In this document: piece by piece, positions 20,288 through 31,425 of the stretch
Position numbering within the stretch: the stretch's first letter is position 1
Layout of the letters: each line of letters starts with the position of its first letter
NCBI GenBank assembly: GCA_963708295.1
Contig: CAVPSJ010000008.1
Location: 64,001-128,000 of the forward strand
From: an uncultured delta proteobacterium
GTDB lineage: Bacteria > Desulfobacterota > BSN033 > UBA1163
Direction: 5' to 3'
Length of the DNA: 64,000 nt
Program-made: the position numbers and the translations under genes
Notes under the pieces: generated by a model
What the model was told of the DNA's origin: nothing
The model's input: only the letters and a program-made list of their open reading frames with translations
Database searches by the model: none

Positions 20288-23080
20288 TCAAACCTGCTCC
20301 CGAGCGGCTACGGGGAGCGGTTCTGTCTTAACGGCTGGAAGGATGAAGTGAAAGGTGGCCCCCTTCCCGACTTCCGATTCCACCCAGATGCGTCCTCCGT
20401 GGCGTTCCACAATCTTTTTGCAGATCGCCAATCCGATGCCGGTACCGGCATACTCCTGCCGGCTGTGAAGCCGCTGAAAGATGACGAAGATGCGCTCGGC
20501 GTACTCCGCGGCAATGCCAATGCCGTTGTCCCTTACGGAGAAGGTCCAGCCGTTACCGTTTCGGCTGGCCGAGATGTGAATGCGGGGTGGCTCGTTGCCC
20601 CGGAACTTGACGGCGTTTCCGATCAGGTTTTGGAACAGCTGCCCGAACTGGGGGCGGTCAGCCATCACCATCGGGAGAGGGTCGTGGGTGACCAGGGCCC
20701 CATTCTCTTCGATGGCCACCTTCAGGTCGTCGAGCGGACTGGGCGAGGACCTCTTGGGAGTCGGTGGGGGAAAATTCCTTGCCTTGCGTTCCCACGCGGG
20801 AGTAGGCCAGCAGGTCATTGATCAGCTTCCTCATGCGGACGGCCCCATCCACGGCGAAGTCGATGAACTCTTTGGCATCGGAGTCGAGCTTGCTTTCGTA
20901 TCGCCTGGCCAGCAGCTGGACATAACTCGTCACCATGCGCAGCGGTTCCTGAAGGTCATGGGAGGCCACATAGGCAAATTGCTCCAGGTCTTTATTCGAT
21001 CGGGCCAGCTCTTGGGTTCTCTTTTCCAGAACGCTTTCCACCCGTTTGCGTTCGGTGATATCCTGGACAGTACAGCGCATCCCCTGGATACCCCCTTTTT
21101 CGTCGAAGATCAGTCTAGCTTCAATCGAAACCGGAAACGTCGTCCCGTCTTTTCTTCGGTAAATCCGCTCCATTTGCTTGCCAGGGGGCTGGGAGCCGGC
21201 CAGTTTAGCCATCACCTCTTCTCGGATCGCGTCTCTTCGTTGGCGGCTAGCTTCCAAATGGGCCGCCCGATCATTTCCTCGGCAGTGTATCTAAGCATCT
21301 CCAGCTCGGTGCGATTGATAATGGTGATGCATCCTTTGCTATCGTATTCGTGGTAGCCCATTGGAGCATGGTCATAAAGATTCTTGAACTTCCTCTCACT
21401 TTCTATCAAAGCTTCCGCTGTGCGTTTGTGTTCTGCAAAAAGAACGGCGTTGGCAATGGCGCCCGCAATCTGAATGGCGATGCTCTCTGCAATCTTCAGA
21501 TCTCTTTCCGTGTAGGCGTTCGGTTTGAAGGATCGCAGATTGAGACCTCCGATGACCTGATCTTTTGAGATCAGAGGGACCGAAATCATGGACCTGAATC
21601 CAGTCCGAAGGGAGGCCCGAAGAAACGGATACCTCCTTTCCATTTCAGAGGTACCCTCCGTTTGGACAAGGAGGCCTGATCGAGTTTTCAGGATATGTTC
21701 ATAAATCGACTCAGAGAGAGGAAAGACCTCTCCGAGCCTCCGGCCTGGTATCTCCTTTCCCATTTCATATGCGACCGTACCCGTGTGATGTTCCGCATCG
21801 ATGATGCAGATTGCAATTCGGTCGAAATCGATCAGATGACGGACGGTCCCCGCGAAACGGTCATAGACTTCGTGAATGGCGAGTGTAGAGCCGACGATCC
21901 GGCCAATCTCAGCCATCGCCGCATTTTCTTGAGATAGTCTTTTTACCGCCTGCTCTCCCTGAATGCGCTCGGTCACGTCGTGAGCCATGGCTCGAACAAC
22001 GGGCGAAGCCACGCCTTCTGTGCGGAGAGTATTGTTGTATTCCCAAATACGGGGGACACCGGCGGCAGTCTGCAGCAACATGAGCCCTTTCGCGGCGCCA
22101 TTTTTTCGGATCGTATCGAGGTAGGTCGTGAATCCGTCCCTGAACTTAGGCGCTAAGAGATCTTGGGCATTCTTCTCGAGAAGGTCTCTTTGGTCATAAC
22201 CGAGAAGTCTTGCGCCATCATGGTTAGCGGAGAGAATCTGGCCCCGTAGATCATGGGTGCAGATCAGATATTGACTGCACTCGACCAGATCTCGATAGCG
22301 ATCTTCGCTTTCGCGAAGCGCCTTCTCTGCCTGCTTGCGCTCCTCCATCTGAGTATTCAGCTGCTCATAAGCTTGCCGATAGCGGTTTTCGGATTCTCCA
22401 AGGTTTCGCTGATGATTGAGCAATCTCTGCAGGACGCGGCGGAAAGCATGCTCCAAGAAGAGGGATACCATGCAAACCACAAGAAATGAAATCAAAAATC
22501 GATTTCTCAATTCTTGGATTTCAAAGGGTGTGACTTTTTGTAAATCGAAATGAAGTATGATGAACGCCAAAATGCCGTAGAAGACGGATACCCAGATGAT
22601 GCCTTCAGATACACCGACTGCAAAGAAGACCAGGATGGGGTAGATATAAGACCATTCGATGCGACTAAAATTCGATAGAAACCCAATCTCGTAGAGAAGC
22701 GAGATGCCAACCGCTGCCGAAAACAGCCTGAAAAGAATGGCGTAGATTCTATATTCGGATTTCTCGTCGATTTTCCTCGCGGTCAAGAAATAGAGAAAGA
22801 CCGTCATCAGAAACATGGCGCAATTCGAGAATGCCGTGAAGTATGCGCCTTTTGTGAGATTGTTGATCGCCAAAGCGGCCACGAGAGGAATTCCTATATA
22901 TAGACCGATTTTGACCACAGATCTCCTGTGGTACATCATCATCGATTTGAACCGATCCCCATGGGGAAGGCTGGAATCCGTCATGGTTATGTTTTCCGCA
23001 CCTTGAAATACTTGTTTATCCGGATGAGTCATTAAAGAATCTCGCGTACTTTGATCCGCCTCAATCCCTTCCTTAATCAT
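20288..23080 (-). CDS. Membrane PAS/GAF sensor histidine kinase with Cph1-like kinase module; split by two frameshifts (about 21230 and 20740)
   Basis: ORFs 21212-23080 (TMs, PAS, GAF, PAS start), 20658-21257 ([17 protein letters not shown]) and 20288-20818 ([24 protein letters not shown]) join into one kinase. Confidence 0.88.
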
Positions 23081-23163
23081 ATCCGCCGGTTTGAAAACCC
23101 CGCGATCCGAGGAAGTTCTTTGGCTTTATCTTCGAATAAACGTAAAGAGCCATCTTCGTATTG

Positions 23164-23179
23164 AGCAAATCTAATGCCG
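23164..23179 (-). promoter_or_regulatory. Putative sigma-54 promoter of the kinase operon
   Basis: Minus strand CGGCAT-TAGAT-TTGCT. Confidence 0.55.
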
Positions 23180-23493
23180 AAAAGAAAAAAACCGTGAACT
23201 CAGTTGATTTCACAAGGTTTTTCAAAAAATGAGAATTTCTGAAACGGGAGGGATGTGCCCTTTTTTGTCTCAAAAAGCTAGTTACTTCTACTAGATAAGG
23301 AGACACCCACTCCTCAAAGGCACCTTGGAAACTTGGAAATAGGGTGGAGGTATACGGAGTGATGAATGCAAGGGAAATCTTTGAAAGAAGAATGTCTCGT
23401 GGGTCGCTTTCTCAGGCAAGGAGAAGGAAACTAAGAGATCGTCAGCTCCTGAGAATGATATCAACAGAGGTAAACATCCGATAAAGACTCTTT

Positions 23494-24687
23494 CTATCTT
23501 TTTTCTATGGCGAGTTTTTTCGCGACGTCCCTAAATCCAGGGAGAGCGGCCTCAATCATCTTCTTGTCCACCGCATAGGCAATTCTGAAATAACCCGGTT
23601 TTCCAAAACCCCTTCCCGGAACCGTCAAGATTCTTTCTGATTGAAGTTCTTTGACAAAGGCCAGATCATCTTCAATGGGGGCCTTCGGAAAAAGATAAAA
23701 AGCCCCTTGGGGTTTCACGACGTCGTACCCGAATGAGATCAAGGCATTGTAAAACAGATCCCGTTTCTCCTCGTATTCTCTGATGTTGACCGAATTCCTT
23801 TGAAGGGGAGCGACTAACCTCTGCATCAATGCGGGGGCATTGACAAAACCGAGCGTTCGGAGAGCAAAGACAATGGCAGAAATCAACTCGTCCGTTTCCT
23901 CACAGAGAGGGCTCACAGCAATATAACCGATCCTCTCTCCGGCGAGAGAAAGGTCTTTCGAGTGAGAGGTCACACGAATCGTATGGGGGTAGTGATGAAA
24001 GGCGATCGGAAGCCGAATGTGATCATAGACGATCCTTCGATAAGCCTCGTCCGTAATGAGGTATAAGGTTTTGCCCGACTCTCGGTTTTTCTTTCTGAGC
24101 AGCTCCCCCAGATTTTCGAGAGATCCCTGATCATAAACAACGCCGGTGGGATTATTGGGTGAGTTGATCAGGATGGCCTTGGTTTTGGCCCCGATCGCTT
24201 TTTCAATCTCCGGAAGGTTGAGTGAGAAGTCCTCACGGGTGTCGACCAATCGCATTTGACCGCCACAATTTTCGATATAAAATTTGAATTCCATAAAATA
24301 GGGGGAAGGAACGATGACCTCATCTCCGTCGTCTAAGATTGCCTTTAAGACAATATTCAGCCCACCGGCAGCCCCTACTGTCATCACGACATGCTTTTCA
24401 TCAAAGGGGAGTCCGGATTCCTCTTTCAGATATTCGGCGATCGCTTTTCTCGTCTCACTGTATCCGCTGTTCGCCATATAGCGATGCATTCCCGGGATTG
24501 GACGATCGGCAAGGGCTTTCAGTGCCTTCTTCAAGGATTCAGGGGGCTCGAGATTGGGATTCCCTAGGGAAAAATCATAGACGTTTTCTTCCCCGTAAAG
24601 TTTTTTCATCGACTCCCCTTCTTCGAACATCTGCCTGACCCAGGAGGCACCACTCAATGAGTTCTTCACCTTCCTTGAGATGGCCAT
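23494..24687 (-). CDS. PLP-dependent class I/II aminotransferase (AspC-like); probably aromatic/prephenate aminotransferase given its leader
   Basis: DFSLGNP, INSPNNPTG, ITDEAY, SHSKDLSLAGERIGY (PLP Lys), PQGAFYLF; AAGGAG SD. Confidence 0.9.
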   Translation of the reverse strand: MAISRKVKNSLSGASWVRQMFEEGESMKKLYGEENVYDFSLGNPNLEPPESLKKALKALADRPIPGMHRYMANSGYSETRKAIAEYLKEESGLPFDEKHVVMTVGAAGGLNIVLKAILDDGDEVIVPSPYFMEFKFYIENCGGQMRLVDTREDFSLNLPEIEKAIGAKTKAILINSPNNPTGVVYDQGSLENLGELLRKKNRESGKTLYLITDEAYRRIVYDHIRLPIAFHHYPHTIRVTSHSKDLSLAGERIGYIAVSPLCEETDELISAIVFALRTLGFVNAPALMQRLVAPLQRNSVNIREYEEKRDLFYNALISFGYDVVKPQGAFYLFPKAPIEDDLAFVKELQSERILTVPGRGFGKPGYFRIAYAVDKKMIEAALPGFRDVAKKLAIEKR

Positions 24688-24730
24688 ATTTGAACTCTCC
24701 TTTCTTACCCTTCTCACTCAGTCCGATAAG

Positions 24731-24765
24731 AAACAAAAAAGCCATAAGGCTAGGTCCCTATGGCT
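24731..24765 (-). terminator. Attenuator terminator T2
   Basis: RNA AGCCAUAGGG-ACCUAG-CCUUAUGGCU followed by UUUUUGUUU. Confidence 0.75.
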
Positions 24766-24768
24766 GTC

Positions 24769-24809
24769 AAAAAGAAAAAGCCATGGGCCCGAGCAGTCAC
24801 CCATGGCTT
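24769..24809 (-). terminator. Attenuator terminator T1
   Basis: Perfect 10-bp stem AAGCCAUGGG/CCCAUGGCUU followed by UUUCUUUUU. Confidence 0.82.
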
Positions 24810-24832
24810 CCATCCCTCCATCGGGATTGGAT

Positions 24833-24883
24833 TTATGGGTGACCTTTCCAAAAGTAAAAATAAAAGAAGCAAAAGTTGAACAT
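24833..24883 (-). CDS. Aromatic amino acid attenuator leader peptide MFNFCFFYFYFWKGHP
   Basis: GAGGA SD; 6 Phe, 2 Tyr and 1 Trp among codons 2-12; its 3' end GUCACCCAU is complementary to AUGGGUGAC in T1. Confidence 0.85.
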   Translation of the reverse strand: MFNFCFFYFYFWKGHP

Positions 24884-24903
24884 TTTTATCTTCCTCAAAT
24901 ATT

Positions 24904-24934
24904 ATTGTATGACATAAGTGGCTGGATTTGTCAA
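24904..24934 (-). promoter_or_regulatory. Putative sigma-70 promoter of the leader/aminotransferase transcript
   Basis: Minus strand TTGACA-N19-TACAAT; spacing is longer than optimal. Confidence 0.45.
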
Positions 24935-25085
24935 GGAAAATATGACCTTAGCCTTTCCGGATTTCTCAAAACATCCAGGGGTGAAAAAGTGGAAACGATA
25001 CTGGCAGGCTCGCCTCCGAACTTCAGAATGCGGTCGTCTAGCAGGCTCGTCGTTTCATCAGGCATTGAAGCCGGGCCTCAAAGGG

Positions 25086-25114
25086 TTGACTTTTCTCAGA
25101 AATCTCTTTAATAT
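25086..25114 (+). promoter_or_regulatory. Putative sigma-70 promoter of fusA-birA-coaX
   Basis: TTGACT-N17-TAATAT. Confidence 0.5.
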
Positions 25115-25151
25115 TGCCAAGATATATTTTATCCGGAGATTGAGAGAAGAG

Positions 25152-27191
25152 ATGGCTGGTGAGAAACGGCTCGCCCGAACCAGAAATATCGGATTTATGG
25201 CCCATATCGACGCGGGGAAAACCACTGTCACGGAAAGGGTCCTTTTTTATGCTAAGAAGACCCACCGCATGGGAGAAGTCGATGATGGGACGGCCACCAT
25301 GGACTGGATGCAACAAGAACAGGAGAGAGGCATTACTATTACCTCTGCCGTCACGACGGTTGAATGGAAAGGGACTACCATCCATATTATCGATACTCCC
25401 GGTCATGTCGATTTCACGATCGAGGTGGAACGTTCGCTGCGCGTGCTGGATGGGACCGTCGCAATCTTCAGTGCTGTCGAAGGAGTGGAGCCCCAATCCG
25501 AGACCGTATGGCATCAGGCGGATAAATATCGAGTTCCGAAGATGGCCTTCGTTAATAAGATGGATCGAATCGGCTCGGATTTCTTCGGGACGGTAAAGAT
25601 GATGGCTGACCGTCTTGGAGCCCATCCCCTGATTACGCAAATCCCCATCGGTACGGAAGACCGGTTCATTGGAGTGGTTGATCTCATCCGGTCCAAAGGA
25701 ATTGTCTGGGATGAAAACAGCCTGGGGGTCGAATTCAGGGAGGTTTCGATTCCCAAGGAGGTAGAGGAAGAAGCCGCCTTTTACCGGTCAAGGCTGATTG
25801 AGTCGATTGCCGAGTTGGATGAACAGTTGACGGAAAAGTATCTCAACGGAGAGCCGATCTCCGAATCTGAATTGAAGGGAGTCCTCAGGAGAGCCACCAT
25901 CTCCATGAGGGCCGTCCCCGTCCTCTGCGGTGCCGCATTGAGAAATCAGGGAATCCAGACCCTCGTGGAGGCCATTGTGGACTATCTTCCTTCTCCCCTC
26001 GATATCCCACCGGTGGAGGGGAAGCATCCGGTGACGGGAGAGCCGGAATTCAGAATGGCCAGGGAGGATGAATTTCTCGCCGCCTTAGCTTTCAAGGTGA
26101 TGATGGATGAAGGCAGGAAATTGATCTATATCCGCATTTACTCCGGTATCCTCAGGGTGGGGGCCGAGGTTTACAACCCTCGATTGAAGAGGGGTGAGAA
26201 GATCTCAAGAATCTTTCAGATGCATGCCCATCAGCGCACTCGCACCGAAGAGGCAAAGGCAGGTGAGATTGTAGCGGTGATGGGTTTAAAGGAAACAACC
26301 ACAGGAGACTCCCTCTGCGATCGGAATCGCCCGATTTTCCTCGAGCCCATTGATTTTTATAACCCTGTCATGTCCATCGCCGTGGAGCCCAAGACAGGCA
26401 TGGATCAAGAGAAGCTGACCGACTCTCTCGAAAAGTTGAGTGAGGAAGACCCCACCTTCCAGGTCAAGCTGGATGAAGATACCGGTCAGACGATCCTCTC
26501 GGGGATGGGGGAACTACATCTGGACGTGTTGGTCAATCGTCTCCTGACGGAATATCACCTGGAGGTCAACGTGGGGAGGCCTCAGGTTGTCTATCGAGAG
26601 ACGATCGAAAAAGAGGTAGAAGCTTCGGCCAAATTTATGAAAGAGATGGACGAAGTGAAACATTTCGGGGAGGTCTTTTTGCGGATCTCGCCCAACGGAC
26701 GCGGAAAGGGAATTGAATTTCATTCGGAGGTGCCGGAGAGATCGCTGTTCGCCGAAGGGCTTCTTGCAGTGGAGGAAGGCATTCGAGAGTCTTCCACCGT
26801 GGGAGTGATTTTGGGTTATCCCATGGATGACCTGCGGGTCACTTTGCTAAAAGCCAATATTGATCCCGTCCATCCCTCTCCGCTCGCGCTCAAGATTGCT
26901 TCCTCCAATGCGGTGCGAGAAGGATGTCGGAGGGCTCAACCGGTGCTCATGGAACCGATGATGGAAGTCAGTGTGATCGTTCCTGAAGAGTTCATGGGAG
27001 AAGTGGTAGGAGATCTGAAGGCGCGGAAGAGCTCCGTCGAAGCGATTACCCCCAAGGGAAAAGTCACGATGATCAGCGCCCTCTCCCCCCTCACCCGGAT
27101 GTTTGGTTATTCGACCGATTTGCGATCCCTCACCCAGGGACGGGGAACCTTCTCCATGCAGTTTTCCCGCTATGACAAAATGATCTCGTAA
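25152..27191 (+). CDS. fusA: Elongation factor G paralogue outside the str operon
   Basis: [52 protein letters not shown]; domain IV loops diverged. Confidence 0.93.
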   Translation: MAGEKRLARTRNIGFMAHIDAGKTTVTERVLFYAKKTHRMGEVDDGTATMDWMQQEQERGITITSAVTTVEWKGTTIHIIDTPGHVDFTIEVERSLRVLDGTVAIFSAVEGVEPQSETVWHQADKYRVPKMAFVNKMDRIGSDFFGTVKMMADRLGAHPLITQIPIGTEDRFIGVVDLIRSKGIVWDENSLGVEFREVSIPKEVEEEAAFYRSRLIESIAELDEQLTEKYLNGEPISESELKGVLRRATISMRAVPVLCGAALRNQGIQTLVEAIVDYLPSPLDIPPVEGKHPVTGEPEFRMAREDEFLAALAFKVMMDEGRKLIYIRIYSGILRVGAEVYNPRLKRGEKISRIFQMHAHQRTRTEEAKAGEIVAVMGLKETTTGDSLCDRNRPIFLEPIDFYNPVMSIAVEPKTGMDQEKLTDSLEKLSEEDPTFQVKLDEDTGQTILSGMGELHLDVLVNRLLTEYHLEVNVGRPQVVYRETIEKEVEASAKFMKEMDEVKHFGEVFLRISPNGRGKGIEFHSEVPERSLFAEGLLAVEEGIRESSTVGVILGYPMDDLRVTLLKANIDPVHPSPLALKIASSNAVREGCRRAQPVLMEPMMEVSVIVPEEFMGEVVGDLKARKSSVEAITPKGKVTMISALSPLTRMFGYSTDLRSLTQGRGTFSMQFSRYDKMIS

Positions 27192-27275
27192 AAGGGGATG
27201 GATGAAGCGGGGTCAAGGGTTCTAGGTTTGAAGGTGGAAGTGGATGGGACCTCTTGAAATCGTGAGGGATCAGCC

Positions 27276-28295
27276 ATGGATGAAGAGATCCTCCAACTCC
27301 TGAGGGATCACTCATCGGAGTTTCTTTCCGGAGAACAGATCAGCCGTCATTTGAGGGTGAGCCGGACGGCGGTATGGAAGAGAATCCAAAAGCTCAGGGC
27401 GCTGGGGTATGAGATTGAGGCTTCGACCCGTTCCGGGTACCGTTTGCTTGGATCGCCAGATCTCCTCACCCCAGCTGAAATCAAACCCTATCTGAAAACA
27501 ACGTGGATCGGGAAAACAATCCATCATTTCGATACCCTTGACTCAACGAATGCGAAAGCCTATCAGCTGGCTCTCGATGGTGCAGAGGAAGGGGAGGTGG
27601 TGATTGCGGAGTCGCAGGAGAAGGGGAAGGGGAGATTGGGAAGACAGTGGGTTTCTCCGCCTTTTCTAAACCTTTATCTTTCCGTCATCCTCCGGCCGAA
27701 AATACCCCCTCATCAAGCCTCCCTCATCACGCTCATGGCGGCCGTCGCTACAGCAGACGCCATCCGGGGGTTCTCCGGACTCGCTCCATTGATCAAATGG
27801 CCCAACGATATTCTTCTCCAGGATCGAAAGGTAGCCGGACTCCTGAATGAGATCCACTCAGAAATCGACCGCATCCATTTCGTGATTCTTGGGCTTGGAG
27901 TAAACCTCAATGCCGGCGAGAAAACGCTTCCAAAAGAGATCCGGGGCATCGCCACCTCGCTCAAAATAGAAATGGGACAGACGATTTCGAGAAAAGCCTT
28001 TCTCCCTTTGTTGTTACAGGAACTGGAAAAGTGGTATTCGATCTTCATCCATAGAGGCAGTGCCGTCATCCTGGACGCCTGGAGAGGTCGAGCTCATCTT
28101 CAAGGGAGACGGGTCAGGATCGTTTCCTTCGGGGAGACACTCACCGGCACCGCGATTGATGTGGATTCAGATGGAGCCTTGATCTTGGAGACAGCAGATG
28201 GAGAACGAAAAAGAGTGGTGGCAGGAGACGTGGAGTATTCAACGAAGATTGAAGCACCAAATCTCAAGCACCAAGGTCCAAACAAATCCCAATGA
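27276..28295 (+). CDS. birA: Bifunctional biotin ligase/repressor
   Basis: N-terminal HTH (SGEQIS..L.VSRTAVWK), DSTN, Q.KGKGRLGRQW, IKWPND, KVAGLL. Confidence 0.95.
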   Translation: MDEEILQLLRDHSSEFLSGEQISRHLRVSRTAVWKRIQKLRALGYEIEASTRSGYRLLGSPDLLTPAEIKPYLKTTWIGKTIHHFDTLDSTNAKAYQLALDGAEEGEVVIAESQEKGKGRLGRQWVSPPFLNLYLSVILRPKIPPHQASLITLMAAVATADAIRGFSGLAPLIKWPNDILLQDRKVAGLLNEIHSEIDRIHFVILGLGVNLNAGEKTLPKEIRGIATSLKIEMGQTISRKAFLPLLLQELEKWYSIFIHRGSAVILDAWRGRAHLQGRRVRIVSFGETLTGTAIDVDSDGALILETADGERKRVVAGDVEYSTKIEAPNLKHQGPNKSQ

Positions 28296-28387
28296 CCAAA
28301 ATTCTAAACTCTAGATAGAATTGTTCTGGTCATTGGAAATTGAAATTTGGAATTTAATTGGGGTTTGGAATTTGGGATTTGAGATTT
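28252..28387. repeat. Heptamer-periodic inverted-repeat element, copy 3; overlaps the birA 3' end
   Basis: AAGCACC AAATCTC AAGCACC AAGGTCC AAAC AAATCCC AATGACC AAAATTC TAAAC / GGTCATT GGAAATT GAAATTT GGAATTT AATT GGGGTTT GGAATTT GGGATTT GAGATTT. Confidence 0.85.
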
Positions 28388-28417
28388 CCCCCAGCCACGC
28401 TGGGAGGAGGGGGTTCT

Positions 28418-29200
28418 ATGCTGCTGGTTCTTGATGTGGGAAACACGAATACGGTTCTGGGAGTTTATGATGGAGGGGTCCTGGTGGATCATTGGCGGAT
28501 CGCTACCGAAAAGGGAAAGACGGCGGATGAATGGGGGATCCTGTTTCGAGACCTGTTCCTGTTTGATCGGATCGATACCGAAGATTTTGAGGGGTTGATC
28601 ATCTCCTCCGTGGTTCCTCCTGTCCTGGATATGTTGCAGGGAATGGCTGAAAAGTATTTTCATGCCAAGCCGCTCATCGTCGGGCCAGAACTCGATACGG
28701 GAATCGTGGTCGCCTATGATAACCCTGCCGAGGTGGGAGCGGACAGAATCGTCAATGCCGTTGCTGCCTATGCGCGATATAAGAGGAGCCTGATCGTCGT
28801 CGACTTTGGAACAGCCACCACCTTCGATTATGTCTCTTCCAGGGGTGAATATCGTGGGGGCGCGATTGCACCGGGGATCGGGATTTCCGCGGAAGCCCTG
28901 TTCCAGAAGACTTCCAAACTTCCCAGGGTAGAGATCGTAAAACCGAAACACGTGATCGGAAAAAATACCATTCACAGTATGCAGTCGGGTATCTTTTTCG
29001 GATACGTCGGATTGGTCGATGAAATCGTGAGGAGAATGAAGAAGGAGGTGAAATCGAAACCCAAGGTGATTGCGACGGGCGGACTGGCAGGCCTCATCGC
29101 GATGGAGTCGGAAACCATCGAGGAGGTGAATGAATTTCTCACCCTTGAAGGGCTAAGGATCATCTACGAGAGGAACCAGAGGAAAAGGAAGAAAAGGTGA
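28418..29200 (+). CDS. coaX: Type III pantothenate kinase
   Basis: [45 protein letters not shown]. Confidence 0.96.
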   Translation: MLLVLDVGNTNTVLGVYDGGVLVDHWRIATEKGKTADEWGILFRDLFLFDRIDTEDFEGLIISSVVPPVLDMLQGMAEKYFHAKPLIVGPELDTGIVVAYDNPAEVGADRIVNAVAAYARYKRSLIVVDFGTATTFDYVSSRGEYRGGAIAPGIGISAEALFQKTSKLPRVEIVKPKHVIGKNTIHSMQSGIFFGYVGLVDEIVRRMKKEVKSKPKVIATGGLAGLIAMESETIEEVNEFLTLEGLRIIYERNQRKRKKR

Positions 29201-30062
29201 GCAGGAGCCGTTTCAGTTCTTCCTCAGTGTTTTTATCCGGTCTTTTTAAGGGAGGCCGTGGATTTCCGCCGAAGTATCCGGCCAGATCCATCGCCATTTT
29301 GAGGCCGCCGATGCCGTACTTTGTCGTCACTGCGCCAGCCAACGGAGTCAATTGACCCTGTAATATCCGCGCCTCATCAAACTTTTTCTCCTCAAACAGA
29401 TTCTGGATCCGGACGCATTCCTGAGGCACCACATTGGCCACGGCCAATATTCCACCCACGGCCCCTACACAAAGGGCAGGGAAGAATACGGGTGCTGAAC
29501 CGACGAAAACAGCAAATCCTTTTCGAGAAAGACGAATCACTTCACTCAATTGGCCAATATTCCCTGAGCTGTCCTTGACGCCGATGATATTCGAGTGTTC
29601 AGAGAGCCTGGCCACCCATTCTGGCTCTAAATTGATTCCGGTAAACTGGGGGACGTTGTAGATCAGAATTCCGATGCGGGAAGATTCCGCCACGGCCACA
29701 AAATGATCGTATAAAATCTGGGGCTTCATCGATCCCTTAAAATAAGAGGGAGTGACGACGAGGGCGCAATCTGCACCCATTTTCGCGACTTGATTCGTAA
29801 ACCGGATGGTCTCCTCCGTCGATTCCATTCCCGTTCCAACAAGCATGATTTTCGAGGCGGGGATAGATTCCCTTGAGATTTCGACCGTTTTTGTTTTTTC
29901 CTTCTCGTTTAAATAGACCGCTTCGCCGTTCGATCCCAGGACGAGGTAGCCGGAGAGATCTGTCTTGTTCCATCTCTTAAAATTTTCCTTGAGTTTCTCC
30001 GGAGCCAGTTTCCCATCTTGGAAAGGTGTGGCCATGGGTGGCATGACACCGCTCAGTTTCAT
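29160..30062 (-). CDS. DHDPS/NAL-family class I aldolase (4-hydroxy-2-oxoglutarate aldolase-like)
   Basis: TPF, LGSNGE, IYNVP, GVKDSSG Schiff-base Lys; GSNGE instead of the DapA GTTGE. Confidence 0.85.
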   Translation of the reverse strand: MKLSGVMPPMATPFQDGKLAPEKLKENFKRWNKTDLSGYLVLGSNGEAVYLNEKEKTKTVEISRESIPASKIMLVGTGMESTEETIRFTNQVAKMGADCALVVTPSYFKGSMKPQILYDHFVAVAESSRIGILIYNVPQFTGINLEPEWVARLSEHSNIIGVKDSSGNIGQLSEVIRLSRKGFAVFVGSAPVFFPALCVGAVGGILAVANVVPQECVRIQNLFEEKKFDEARILQGQLTPLAGAVTTKYGIGGLKMAMDLAGYFGGNPRPPLKRPDKNTEEELKRLLLTFSSFSSGSSRR

Positions 30063-30366
30063 CAAACCGTCCTCCTTATTCCTCTTTTCTTGCGTAAAGA
30101 TTCCAAAAGAAATATGGAATCCCGGGTCCTTGTTTTGGCAATCGGTTTTGAAATTCACCACTTAGAATTTCGTCTAAAATAACATGTTACTCAAGGTGCG
30201 GTCAAATGATTTTCCGGCGTTTCCGAAAGTCTGTCCGAGGAAAAATGTTGATAGGGTTTTGTTTGACAAATACGAAGATGAATGGGTAGAATTTCTACAA
30301 AGTGAACCTTTCTCGCCCCGTCAGGACGAGCACGGCAGCGAGGCTTCGCGGACAAGGAGGAGAATC

Positions 30367-31157
30367 ATGACGGAGGGTTTTTCCCGGGACTCCATGATGG
30401 CTGGGAACCCGGCGGAAAAGGTCCCCAAAAGGGCACCGGAGGCAATTCAGCAAGTGGTGATGGCGAACAGGATCCTGAGCAATGAGGGCATCCTCGATGC
30501 CCTCGGGCATGTGAGCGTGAGGAACCCAGTGAACGCAGCACCTTCTTTCAGGCGCGCTCCATTTCTCCTTTCGAAGTCACCCCGGAGGATATCCTGGAGA
30601 TCGACCTCGACGGGGATGTCGTCACTCAGACGACGATGAAACCTTACGGAGAGCGCATCATCCATGGGGCGATTCTCAAAGCCCGTCCCGAAATGAATGC
30701 TGTCTTTCATGGCCATTTCGCTGCCGTCATACCGTTTTCGGTCACGAACACCCCTATCCGTCCGATCACCCATGTGGGAAGTTTCCTCTATCAGGGAGTC
30801 CCGATTTACGACGATTACGAACCGGATGGAGGCATGCTGATCAGGACGAAGCAAGAAGGAGAGCGAATCGCCAGGCATCTCGGCCAGCACAGGGTCCATC
30901 TGCTTCGCGGGCATGGATGTAATATCGTTGCCGAGAACCTTCCGCGGCTCGTTGCCTCTGCCATCCACCTGAGGGAAAATGCGACCATTCAGTGGCAGAC
31001 GCTTCTGAGCGGCAAGGAGGCGAAATACCTTTCCCCTGAAGAAGCGGAAGCGGCCATGGAAATCGCCCTCTTTGGCGCCAGCCCGATCGACCGGATGTGG
31101 CGGTACTGGGTCGCAAGGGTGAAGAGGAACATGCCCGATATGAAAGATTGGAAATAA
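30367..31157 (+). CDS. Class II aldolase/adducin-family protein (decarboxylase-like); one frameshift near 30540
   Basis: AAGGAGG SD; ANRIL..EGILDALGHVSVR continues in another frame to ERIIHGAILKARP..NAVFHGH and LLRGHG. Confidence 0.82.
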
Positions 31158-31248
31158 GCCGCATCAATGAAAACCTCAGAGAGCAGTTTGCCCACACCCT
31201 TTGCGAGGAGAGGTAAAAAACTGGGGGAGCGCGAGGGTCGTTTTCCTG

Positions 31249-31277
31249 TTGACATACCCCCCCTTGTTATGTATATT
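31249..31277 (+). promoter_or_regulatory. Putative sigma-70 promoter of the TTT operon
   Basis: TTGACA-N17-TATATT. Confidence 0.6.
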
Positions 31278-31425
31278 CCACCCATTCATCCGTCCAAGAG
31301 TGAATTCTTGTCATCTGTCGGAACAGCAAAAAGATTGAGTTCCATGCCCCCGTATCCGTCAAGCGGCCTGCCTGGGCCGCCCGCCCAAACGGTGTTGGCA
31401 GGAAAGAAACCCTAAGGAGGTGTCA

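Noticed and set aside
29160-29200. 41-nt convergent overlap of coaX and the DHDPS-family gene
   Set aside because: Low-complexity tails; such overlaps are common and need no special explanation.
29160-30062. Calling this gene dapA
   Set aside because: GSNGE rather than GTTGE, and no lysine-pathway context.
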